In this document: positions 17,801 through 25,277 of the stretch, piece after piece
Layout: every line of letters starts with the position of its first letter
Position numbering within the stretch: position 1 is the stretch's first letter
NCBI GenBank assembly: GCA_038750705.1
Contig: JBCDHA010000001.1
Location: 1 to 47,501, forward strand
Source of the DNA: Bacteroidota bacterium
GTDB lineage: Bacteria; Bacteroidota; Bacteroidia; Cytophagales; Cyclobacteriaceae
Direction: 5' to 3'
Length of the DNA: 47,501 nt
Notes under the pieces: model-generated
The model's database searches: none
What the model saw: the letters and a program-made list of their open reading frames with translations, nothing else
What the model was told of the DNA's origin: nothing
Translations under genes and position numbers: made by a program

Positions 17801-19246
17801 GAAGGTGTAGGCCATAGGCTGGAACATCTTACCTTCAACACCGGTAAGAAACAGTATGGGCGCAAATACGATGAGGATGATGATTTGCCCAAAGAAGGCT
17901 GAACTCATCATGGTGCTTCCAGCTTCATACGCCACTTCATCCATTACCTGTTGATTGAAACCTAGTTTTCTGGCCTTTATCCGTTTTTGAATTTCATAAA
18001 CAGTTCCTTCAATAATAATCACGGCACCATCTATGATGATACCAAAGTCAATAGCGCCCAAGCTCATGAGATTAGCCCAGACATTGAACTGCTTCATGAG
18101 AATAAACGCGAACAATAAGGATAGGGGAATGGTAGTGGCCGTCACGAGTCCACCACGCAGGCTGCCCAGTAAGATCACCAGGGCAAAAATCACAATCAGT
18201 GCACCTTCGATCAGGTTGGTTTTTACAGTATCTGTTGTTCTTGCTATGAGATCGCTTCTGTCAATAATGGTGTTGATCTCCAGTCCTTCGGGAAGAGATT
18301 TTTCTACTTCTTCCATCCGCTCCTTCACATTGCGAATTACCGCATTGGGGTTGGAACCTTTTAGCATCATGATGATACCACCTACAGCTTCTTCACCATC
18401 CTGAGTGAATGCGCCATACCTGACCTGATGACCAAAATGTACTCTAGAAGCAACATCCCCTATAGTGACAGGAATGCCATTTTCCGTTTTGACAACAATT
18501 TTTCGGATGTCGCCTAATGACCGAATCAATCCTTCCCCTCTGATGAAATTGGACATTCTGTTCTTTTCAATGTAAGCACCTCCGGTATTTACATTGTTTC
18601 TGGCAAGTGCTTTATACACCTGTGAAATACTCACATTCTGAGCGTTCAATTTGTCCGGGCTGAGGGCTACTTCATATTGCTTGATATAACCGCCAAAAGA
18701 GTTGACCTCAACGACACCATCGAGGAGCGTAAGCTGTCGCTTTACGATCCAGTCCTGAATCGTTCGTAGGTCTGTAGGAGTGTATTTCGATTCGAAATCT
18801 TCTTTGGGTTGAATGGTATATTCATAAATCTGACCCAAACCCGTAGATATAGGTCCCATCGTAGGGCTTCCAAACTTTTCTGGTATGGTATTTTGCAGTT
18901 CATTGAGTTTTTCTTGAACCAACTGCCTAGGTAGATAAGTACCCAAATCGTCTTCAAAAACGATGGTCACTACCGACAAACCAAACCTTGAGATGGAGCG
19001 AATTTCGTCTACCCCAGGCAGATTTCCCATAGCCAGCTCCACAGGATAGGTAACAAACTGTTCGATATCCTCAGTAGCCAGATTGGGAGATACGGTCATT
19101 ACCTGTACCTGATTGTTCGTGATATCAGGAACAGAGCCTAGGTTGACCGTAGACATGGAGTAAATACCTACTCCGATGAGGGCCAGTGTAAGCAGACCCA
19201 CGATGAATTTATTCTTTATGGAAAAAGAAATTATTTTATTGATCAT
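14843..19246 (-). CDS. czcA: CzcA/CusA-family heavy-metal RND pump fused to a C-terminal TolC-like domain
   Basis: VPDITNNQVQV, NLMSLGAIDFGIIIDGA and RIRPIMLTA; about 400-aa C-terminal outer-membrane-factor-like extension. Confidence 0.93.
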   Translation of the reverse strand: MINKIISFSIKNKFIVGLLTLALIGVGIYSMSTVNLGSVPDITNNQVQVMTVSPNLATEDIEQFVTYPVELAMGNLPGVDEIRSISRFGLSVVTIVFEDDLGTYLPRQLVQEKLNELQNTIPEKFGSPTMGPISTGLGQIYEYTIQPKEDFESKYTPTDLRTIQDWIVKRQLTLLDGVVEVNSFGGYIKQYEVALSPDKLNAQNVSISQVYKALARNNVNTGGAYIEKNRMSNFIRGEGLIRSLGDIRKIVVKTENGIPVTIGDVASRVHFGHQVRYGAFTQDGEEAVGGIIMMLKGSNPNAVIRNVKERMEEVEKSLPEGLEINTIIDRSDLIARTTDTVKTNLIEGALIVIFALVILLGSLRGGLVTATTIPLSLLFAFILMKQFNVWANLMSLGAIDFGIIIDGAVIIIEGTVYEIQKRIKARKLGFNQQVMDEVAYEAGSTMMSSAFFGQIIILIVFAPILFLTGVEGKMFQPMAYTFGFAMIGAIVLCLTYVPMMSALLMKPVQNQRNWFGRFESSLEHISDKLIGGIQRAYLPLLKSALRFKVIVIGIAILLLGWAGYTFSRMGGEFVPQLDEGDLAMQALIRPGSSLNESKAVSIKIENILLDNFPEIKTVTARIGVADIPTDPMPMDIADMYLILEKDKDKWVSAESKDELIDKIKDKLDEQLVGVNLVFTQPVELRFNELLEGVREDIAVKLYGEDLQVLATKVQEMADIISTVPGAGDVNAERTSGLPQMTVRYNRKKVAQYGLDIQKLNEYVSTAFAGGVAGVVFEGEKRFDLVVRFDETHRKSIDDLRTLFIDLPDGTQIPIKEVADISYVPGPMQISRDNTYRRTYVGVNTRGRDVESVVKDIQQKLDEQLDLPAGYYITYGGEFENLERAKGRLAIVVPIALFLIFVLLYFALGSFSQSIMIYIAIPLAAIGGVFALWLRDMPFSISAGVGFIVLFGVAVLNGLVLINRFNSLKEEGVINIRERILTGTKERIRPIMLTATTDIFGFLPMAFSSSAGAEVQRPLATVVIGGMLTATLLTLVVLPVLYTFVESRSERKGSRISGANIILVLIGFTALVGIPSTVNAQNQDQAKLPTVTLEQAKSWAIESYPKIQSARLEIDNQEALKKTAWDLGNTQVFTGKEEVGNGSDGVVTQIGIQQQQIDLFGIAPKLKLQKERIALAKSALDLTVIEIEREVSRAWAQVYAAKNTYQVYERLDSVFTDIERAAKIRLETEETSKLEYLATTNQATQVLIQKEQAFRDYLSALQQLNLWFVSDSLFTVPDVSASELDQAIDYHTDSLISHPLVNLSKQQLEVADASVREKLSQFLPQLQGQYGRQQVDGRSGFYQYQLGVRIPLTFGPELGRSQSAKIQREIASQNLRQTELELNAAYQSGKEQYLKWRNSWNYYQNTALPLAEEQQKGAITAYREGAVDYISFLQNIRDAIRMEVDAWKAFGSYLDSRYQLEYFLKTSN

Positions 19247-19257
19247 GTATAAAATGA

Positions 19258-19338
19258 TTTAATATCAGTAAAAATGATATGGTATCGACTTTAGGAAAAG
19301 CCGAAAGGACGGAGTTGTCCCACGATACTGATATTAAA
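19258..19338 (-). promoter_or_regulatory. 13-bp inverted repeat pairing the upstream ORF stop region with the czcA translation-initiation region
   Basis: tttaatatcagta (19258-19270) / tactgatattaaa (19326-19338). Confidence 0.7.
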
Positions 19339-19642
19339 CCTGGGGTGGCTGAAGGATAGAGTCTAAATGGCCTTTGGTAAAAAAGGCATTGTACGCTGTA
19401 TTCTCAATCATATTGAGAAGTGACATCAGATTTGGGTAAAACGCATGATTGGCCACAAAATGAGAATGGCAGCATTGACATACACAGAAGGGTGAGCAAA
19501 GGTCTTCGTCACTCTCATGATCACGATCTCCATCGGTATTTACAGAAGTAATTTCAATACTTTCATCATTGGCTCCATCTGCACAGGGTACGACAGACAA
19601 GCCCAATAGAAAAAGAGACAATATGAATGCGAATAATCTCAC
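19334..19642 (-). CDS. DUF6660-like small exported Cys-rich protein; candidate leader peptide
   Basis: Signal-like N-terminus ending VPCAD, central CSPFCVCQCC and C-terminal SILQPPQV*. Confidence 0.8.
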   Translation of the reverse strand: MRLFAFILSLFLLGLSVVPCADGANDESIEITSVNTDGDRDHESDEDLCSPFCVCQCCHSHFVANHAFYPNLMSLLNMIENTAYNAFFTKGHLDSILQPPQV

Positions 19643-19666
19643 TATGCAATCATAGCAAAAAAGTAG

Positions 19667-19681
19667 TGCAACCTGTTTGCA
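19667..19681. promoter_or_regulatory. Palindrome TGCAA-N5-TTGCA; candidate operator of the adjacent Fur-family regulator
   Basis: tgcaacctgtttgca directly upstream of the DUF6660-czcA unit. Confidence 0.45.
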
Positions 19682-19687
19682 AAGTTG

Positions 19688-20089
19688 CTATGGGCAATTG
19701 GCGCAGACTCCCTTGTATACCATACTTGCACTGGAAGCCCTAAACCCGGAGGGTATTTGTGTTTGTGGTATTTTAGATTGTGTTAGGCAATAGGTTTCAC
19801 CGCATTTGACACAGTGAAAATGAATGTGCTGGTCTTGTGGTTCGCATTCGCAACCTTCTTCACATAATGCATATTTAACAGCACCTGTACCATCATCTAT
19901 GCTGTGTATGAGTTTCTTGTCCTCAAAAGTCTTAAGGGTTCGGTAAAGGGTTGCCTTATCTGCTTGCTCGAATTTTGCATCCAGGTCACTTAGGCTTATA
20001 GCAGCACCAGATTCCACCAACTGACGCAGCACCAGCAGCCTCATGGTTGTAGGTTTGATATTTTTATTTTCTAGTTTTTTTTCAAGCAT
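19688..20089 (-). CDS. Fur-family metal-responsive transcriptional regulator
   Basis: TLYRTLKTF, HIHFHCVKCG and terminal CANC. Confidence 0.9.
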   Translation of the reverse strand: MLEKKLENKNIKPTTMRLLVLRQLVESGAAISLSDLDAKFEQADKATLYRTLKTFEDKKLIHSIDDGTGAVKYALCEEGCECEPQDQHIHFHCVKCGETYCLTQSKIPQTQIPSGFRASSASMVYKGVCANCP

Positions 20090-20091
20090 AT

Positions 20092-21324
20092 TTAAAAGTA
20101 CGAAGAAAGACCAAACTGGATTCCAGATATTTTCGCTGGGGGATTACCCAGAAGATCAGTTTGCTGCATCATACGATAATTCAAGCGTATTACCGTTTGT
20201 GCTGTTGGTCGAAAGCTTAGTGCAGGTACAACAGCCCAAATTTCATCTCCAATGCTTTCACCTGTTTCTCTAAAGGAGCCATCATTCCAATCCACATATT
20301 CAAGTCGCATAGCCACATTGAAGGTTGCTTTATCAAAGCCAAACAAGTTTCCATTCAGAATCGGTTGAACTATATCTACAAAACCTCCTTTTTGCTTTTC
20401 TCCAAATTGTTGCGTGAAAGTTGAAGGAACATCAATGTTAACCCACGCCCATTCACCAACTATGAAAGTGTTGAGAGTAGGGATGGTGGTATTGAAATCT
20501 ACGGCAAAGATGTCCAGTCTCCTTTTCTCATCCAATATCAAACCATCCTCTTCATAAGTGTTATAAATGCCTCCCATATAAGAAAGCCCAATCTCACCAA
20601 TCTTGTTATTTCGGAGGGCCACTTTTCCTGTGAATAAAGGCTCACCATTGGAAGACTCTTCAAAACGTTCTTTGTTGTCTTTGGATGCTGGTAGAAATGT
20701 TCGGTTCTCTCCATTGTTGATGACAGCATCATCAAATCCATTGGTTAGATAGGCTTCATATCCAAAGGCCCAATCTTTCAAAAAATATTTGCCATATAGG
20801 CCAAAACCTACATTACTCCAGGTGGCAGGCAGCAATTCTGTGGCAGCAATCGGGCGGTCTGTAAATTCCCACTTAGGGCCATCATGGTTTTGATTGAATG
20901 CGCCAATTGGATTCATTACAATTCCCCCACGAAGGTTAAGTAGCGGATGCATGCTGATGTCTAGGGCAGCAAACTCAATGGCTACCTCTTCTCCACCTTC
21001 TTCAAACTCGATCTCAGAGAGAAATTTGATTTTCCGATGTATAGAGGATGCAACAAATAAAGTCATTCGGGGTACTCTAAAGCTGTGACCGTCAGTCACA
21101 CCATCTTCTCCAATATATGAATAATCAGCCTCAATATATCCACCTACGGACACAGGCAGCTTACCCACTTGAAGAAAAGGTCGGTTGTAAACAGCATCCA
21201 TGTTAAGCAAGTTTTTGGATGTATCAACCTCTATTCGCTTTAGCAAAGTGCTATCAATTTGTGCGCTAGTCTCTAGCGAAATCAAGCAGGCAACAGCCAT
21301 CATAACTAAGCCAAAGTTTTTCAT
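20092..21324 (-). CDS. Outer-membrane beta-barrel (porin-like) protein
   Basis: Signal peptide, SEIEFEEG, G....PIG.FNQNHD and amphipathic strands; terminal F (QFGLSSYF). Confidence 0.7.
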   Translation of the reverse strand: MKNFGLVMMAVACLISLETSAQIDSTLLKRIEVDTSKNLLNMDAVYNRPFLQVGKLPVSVGGYIEADYSYIGEDGVTDGHSFRVPRMTLFVASSIHRKIKFLSEIEFEEGGEEVAIEFAALDISMHPLLNLRGGIVMNPIGAFNQNHDGPKWEFTDRPIAATELLPATWSNVGFGLYGKYFLKDWAFGYEAYLTNGFDDAVINNGENRTFLPASKDNKERFEESSNGEPLFTGKVALRNNKIGEIGLSYMGGIYNTYEEDGLILDEKRRLDIFAVDFNTTIPTLNTFIVGEWAWVNIDVPSTFTQQFGEKQKGGFVDIVQPILNGNLFGFDKATFNVAMRLEYVDWNDGSFRETGESIGDEIWAVVPALSFRPTAQTVIRLNYRMMQQTDLLGNPPAKISGIQFGLSSYF

Positions 21325-21752
21325 GATAAATCGATTTTTAGTGTCTTAAATTCTTTGATAACAGGAAAACTTCGAAGTGCCGAATCAGCCGGCCCATTTT
21401 GAACATTTCCAGTATTGGTAAACTCGCTACCATGTGCGGGACATTGAAGTCTGTCTCCAAATACTTGAAGCTCAGTACCCTGATGGGTGCATCTCATATA
21501 CAGGGCTTTATATTCGTTTGAATCAAACCGGAAGACTGCTATTGGGTATTGTAAAGCATCATTCTCGACAACTACATACCTCAAGTAGTCTTGATCCTCA
21601 TTCAGAAAAGCATCTTCATTAATGTTTATATAGGATCCTTCTATGTTTCCAGATAAATAGCGAGTTCCGGCACATCCCTGCAGCAGTAGGTTAGATGCAA
21701 ATACCCCCAGACACCCCATTCCACACTTCCTGACGAATTCTCTTCTTTCCAT
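21321..21752 (-). CDS. Rieske [2Fe-2S] protein, predicted Tat-exported lipoprotein
   Basis: MERREF twin-Arg, LQGC lipobox, CTHQG and CPAHGS. Confidence 0.9.
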   Translation of the reverse strand: MERREFVRKCGMGCLGVFASNLLLQGCAGTRYLSGNIEGSYININEDAFLNEDQDYLRYVVVENDALQYPIAVFRFDSNEYKALYMRCTHQGTELQVFGDRLQCPAHGSEFTNTGNVQNGPADSALRSFPVIKEFKTLKIDLS

Positions 21753-21755
21753 ACC

Positions 21756-22949
21756 CTAGAGTGATTTGAGAAAATTAATTAAGGCTTCCTTATCAGCTCC
21801 ACTAAGAGCAGTGAATCGGTTCTTACTATTTTCTGCTTCACCACCGTGTAAAACGATGGCTTCTTCGATGCTTCTTGCACGACCATCATGCATAAGGAAA
21901 AAAGAACCTCCTTGTGAATTGGGTGACAGCCCCAAACCCCATAGCGGTGGGGTTCTCCACTCGTATGTCTCAGCAGACCCTTCGGTTGCACCATCATCTA
22001 ACCCAGAACCCATATCGTGTAATAGCAGGTCGGTATAGGGATAAAACGTTTTATTTGATAATGCTTCAATATCGGAATCTGGTGTCGTCCACTCAGGGAT
22101 ATGACAAGAGCTACATTCAATTTCGGTAAATAATACCTTGCCTTGCAGCATCTGACTATTTTCTTCGGATCGAGGAATAGGAGCCTTTAGTGTTCGGAGG
22201 TAAAAAACTACGTCTCTTATGGTTTGATCTGAAACTTCTGGGTCAGTGCTCAGCTGGCTCATCGGATCAATCGGCTCAAATGTTGATGTGACTCCCATAT
22301 CCTGATTGTAGGCACCAACTGTCTGTTGGAGCAAATCAATAGCTGCAGCCTTCTTGCCAAAACGACCAATAATTTTTCCATTTAGAGGTTGGTGAAACCA
22401 CTTCTGCTCAAAGTATGGTGGTGGAGTGATAAAATTAGGAACTCCAGAAATTCCATCTCCATCAAGATCGAGTGAATCTACATTTTGAAGAATCTGTTGG
22501 TCAGTCAGTGCTGCCAGAAAGCCTAAACCTGTTACAGCCGGAGGAGTAAACTTCATAAAGGGCACTCCACCAGGCAATTGTTCTGGTTCAAACCCTGGAA
22601 TCGCTCTATTTTGAAGTTGAGGACCACCAATGGATAAATCAGGCAAAGTATTAGGAAGCGTTTGTCCGAACCTGGTGAGTGTGGTGAATGGATGACCCTT
22701 TCCATCTCCTGCATGACAACTTCCGCATGAAGTAGCTACGAATCCAGGTCCAAGTCCTGTTGCTGATGAAAATACTTCATCATTAAAGGCAATATCACCC
22801 TTTAAAAATTGGAGTTGCTCACCGTGAGAAAGATCCTCTGTAGGCCCGTCCAAAAGTTCGTTTTCAGCAGGTGCCGCAGGAATTATCTCTTCGCAAGAAA
22901 CCAGTACTACGTAAATAATAGAGATTAGAAAAAGGATTATTTTATTCAT
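21756..22949 (-). CDS. Di-haem oxidoreductase (DHOR) family lipoprotein
   Basis: Lipobox LVSC, two CxxCH (CGSCH, CSSCH), GRFG.KA, DLLLHDMG, WRTPPLWG and HDGRAR. Confidence 0.88.
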   Translation of the reverse strand: MNKIILFLISIIYVVLVSCEEIIPAAPAENELLDGPTEDLSHGEQLQFLKGDIAFNDEVFSSATGLGPGFVATSCGSCHAGDGKGHPFTTLTRFGQTLPNTLPDLSIGGPQLQNRAIPGFEPEQLPGGVPFMKFTPPAVTGLGFLAALTDQQILQNVDSLDLDGDGISGVPNFITPPPYFEQKWFHQPLNGKIIGRFGKKAAAIDLLQQTVGAYNQDMGVTSTFEPIDPMSQLSTDPEVSDQTIRDVVFYLRTLKAPIPRSEENSQMLQGKVLFTEIECSSCHIPEWTTPDSDIEALSNKTFYPYTDLLLHDMGSGLDDGATEGSAETYEWRTPPLWGLGLSPNSQGGSFFLMHDGRARSIEEAIVLHGGEAENSKNRFTALSGADKEALINFLKSL

Positions 22950-22957
22950 CTTAAAAT

Positions 22958-23002
22958 AAATTTATACAAACCTAAAAATTAAAGTTAGATATATCAAACT
23001 TT
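22958..23002. promoter_or_regulatory. Candidate DtxR/MntR operators in the divergent promoter
   Basis: aaagttagatatatcaaacttt (22981-23002) is palindromic at 20/22 positions; a weaker related box lies at 22958-22980. Confidence 0.65.
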
Positions 23003-23035
23003 CAAATTAGAGATGTGATATTTACTTTTGAATTT

Positions 23036-23695
23036 ATGATCACAATTGCAGAAGAAAACTACTTAAAAGCCATTTACAGTCTAAATCTGAATCGAAATGA
23101 TAAGGAGCTTGGTACGAACGAACTGGCCAATCACCTAGGTATATCTCCTGCAACAGTGAGTAGTATGCTAAAAAAACTTAAAGAGAAGAAGCTCATTCAT
23201 TATGAGAAATATGGTGCTATTTCACTCCTTGAGAAAGGAGAAAATGAGGCATGTACTGTTATCAGAAAACATCGGTTGTGGGAAACCTTTCTGGTAGAAA
23301 AAATGGAATTTACCTGGGATGAGATACATGAAGTGGCAGAGCAATTAGAGCATGTTAAATCTCAAAAATTGATAGATCAATTGGATAAGCTTCTCGGCTA
23401 TCCTGAATACGATCCGCATGGCGATCCGATCCCTAAGGCAAATGGCGAAATCGGAGATGTACACAAAACGACTTTGATCCAGGAATCAGTAGGAAAAGAA
23501 CTAATGGTTGTTGGAGTTAGAAATGACTCACCTGCTTTTCTTCAGTATATCACGCAACTAGGTCTTGTTATCAATAGCAAAGTCACTATCAAATCTCACC
23601 ATGAATTCGATGGTTCCTTAGATGTTGAAATAGATGGAAAATCTCAAATGGTCAGCCAGAAGGTTGCGGAGAATGTGTTTGTTGATTTGAACTAA
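23036..23695 (+). CDS. DtxR/MntR-family metal-dependent repressor with a C-terminal FeoA domain
   Basis: EENYLKAIY, RKHRLWETFL, AEQLEH and DPHGDPIP; probable ATG at 23036. Confidence 0.93.
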   Translation: MITIAEENYLKAIYSLNLNRNDKELGTNELANHLGISPATVSSMLKKLKEKKLIHYEKYGAISLLEKGENEACTVIRKHRLWETFLVEKMEFTWDEIHEVAEQLEHVKSQKLIDQLDKLLGYPEYDPHGDPIPKANGEIGDVHKTTLIQESVGKELMVVGVRNDSPAFLQYITQLGLVINSKVTIKSHHEFDGSLDVEIDGKSQMVSQKVAENVFVDLN

Positions 23696-23702
23696 CTCTT
23701 GT

Positions 23703-23915
23703 TTAACAATGACAATTACCCTTTTGTACTGGCGGACACTTCTTAGTGCCAAAACTGCAATACACACAACAGTCGCCTTGTTTGGGTTTTAAAACCTGAT
23801 GACAATTCTCACATTCATAGAAGTATTGACAGGCATCTGTAGGCATGGTTTCTTCTTTTTGATGTCCACAGTTAGGGCATGTGATGGTTGATTCTAACAC
23901 TACTTCATTTTCCAT
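23703..23915 (-). CDS. GDCCVxC domain protein
   Basis: ITCPNCG, MPTDAC and GDCCVYCS...CPP. Confidence 0.9.
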   Translation of the reverse strand: MENEVVLESTITCPNCGHQKEETMPTDACQYFYECENCHQVLKPKQGDCCVYCSFGTKKCPPVQKGNCHC

Positions 23916-23916
23916 G

Positions 23917-24546
23917 CTATTGTTCTTTTGATTTTTCTATGACGGTATACCCCGTTTTATTAATGGCTTCTATGATTGATTTTTGGTCAATTTTAGAAGG
24001 TAAGTACTCTACAGTAGCAGATCCAGTGGAATAAGTAGCATTAACCATTTTTACTCCTTTGAGTAACCCTACCTCGTGTTCAATGTGGCTTTCACAACCT
24101 GCACAGGTCATGCCCTTCACATCAATAATAATCGTATTTGTTTTGGTGCTGTCTTGCTCTGCAATTAAGGGTGTATCCATACCTCCACCGCCCGAGTAGA
24201 ATACGTGTGAGTAGCTGGGAAATGCGAGCATTAACCCGGCAAACACGGTGATGATTCCAAGAAATCGTTTCGATTGCCAGAACGAAGGTTTTTGGTCATC
24301 CTCACAGGCACATGCAATTTCTTCAGCTGTTCTGGGTCTAAGTTTCTGATACCATGCAAAACCCAGGATACCAATTGTCAATACGATGAGATAGGGCCTG
24401 AATGGCTCCATCCATGAGAAGGTAGCAGCTATGCCGCCAATGCCAGCTAACAAAGAAAAAACAGGAGTTATGCAACAAAGTGATGCCACTATGGCTGCTA
24501 GTAATCCTGCACTTGCGCTTTTTGAAGAAATATCTGAAGTACTCAT
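23917..24546 (-). CDS. merTP: MerT-MerP fusion mercuric transport protein
   Basis: ASLCCITP, PFRPY and CAC loop, then a GMTCAGC HMA domain. Confidence 0.9.
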   Translation of the reverse strand: MSTSDISSKSASAGLLAAIVASLCCITPVFSLLAGIGGIAATFSWMEPFRPYLIVLTIGILGFAWYQKLRPRTAEEIACACEDDQKPSFWQSKRFLGIITVFAGLMLAFPSYSHVFYSGGGGMDTPLIAEQDSTKTNTIIIDVKGMTCAGCESHIEHEVGLLKGVKMVNATYSTGSATVEYLPSKIDQKSIIEAINKTGYTVIEKSKEQ

Positions 24547-24917
24547 GATACTGTTGTTTTTTGGTTCTGTTTTGAAAGCATTGATAAAACTGGCTTGAGG
24601 ATTTCGATATTCTCATTTATGAGAGAATAGAATACAGTCTGACCTACTTTCTTGTCTCTAATAAGCTTGCCGTCCTTAAGCTTCCTTAAATGTTGGGAAA
24701 TACCTCCGACTGATATGTCAAGTATATCACTAAGATCACAGGGACACATTTCACCTTCTTTATGTAGTAGGAATAGAATCTTAAGTCGAGCTGCATTCCC
24801 AGCAAGGTTAAAAATCTGGGTAGTAAGTGATAGATCCTCTTCCAGTCTGCTGAGTGATTCTTTACAGTCTTTGATCTGGACAGGATCTGCCAATACTCTG
24901 ATACACGTATTACTCAT
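24543..24917 (-). CDS. ArsR/SmtB-family regulator
   Basis: N-terminal CIR...C, RLKIL.LL, CPCDL and ISQHLRKLKD. Confidence 0.92.
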   Translation of the reverse strand: MSNTCIRVLADPVQIKDCKESLSRLEEDLSLTTQIFNLAGNAARLKILFLLHKEGEMCPCDLSDILDISVGGISQHLRKLKDGKLIRDKKVGQTVFYSLINENIEILKPVLSMLSKQNQKTTVS

Positions 24918-24925
24918 GTTTTAAT

Positions 24926-24990
24926 GTTTTAGCAATTACTAAAACGTAAGAGTATGGAAAAGAGTTTAGTATTTTAGTAAATACTTAAAC
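24926..24990. promoter_or_regulatory. Two candidate ArsR operators upstream of arsR-merTP
   Basis: gttttag-caatta-ctaaaac (24926-24945) and a degenerate copy attttagtaaatacttaaac (24971-24990). Confidence 0.6.
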
Positions 24991-25018
24991 AATAGAAAAA
25001 ATACAAAACATCTTCACT

Positions 25019-25237
25019 TCAGATATCCACTTTCTGTTTATCCAGGTTACCATTGGCGAACTCCATTAATTCAATCAGTGACTTTTCATCTATGACGGTT
25101 ATTCTTCTCTTGCTGTCATAATACCCCCTCACAAGCTTACACCTTAGAAATATACCAATATCCTGCTTTCTCCAATTCAGTTTTGATTGGAGCTCTGGAT
25201 ACTTGGCTAATATTTCATCAGGGGTATACTTCGGCAT
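25019..25237 (-). CDS. 72-aa putative DNA-binding / excisionase-like protein, copy 2
   Basis: Paralogue of 11326-11544; nucleotide differences are mostly synonymous. Confidence 0.75.
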   Translation of the reverse strand: MPKYTPDEILAKYPELQSKLNWRKQDIGIFLRCKLVRGYYDSKRRITVIDEKSLIELMEFANGNLDKQKVDI

Positions 25238-25277
25238 AGAGCTTTAAAGTGAATGAATTGACATTCGATTAGGCTAT

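Noticed and set aside
23703-23915. Possible selenoprotein (GDCCVxC family)
   Set aside because: All positions are Cys codons and there is no in-frame TGA
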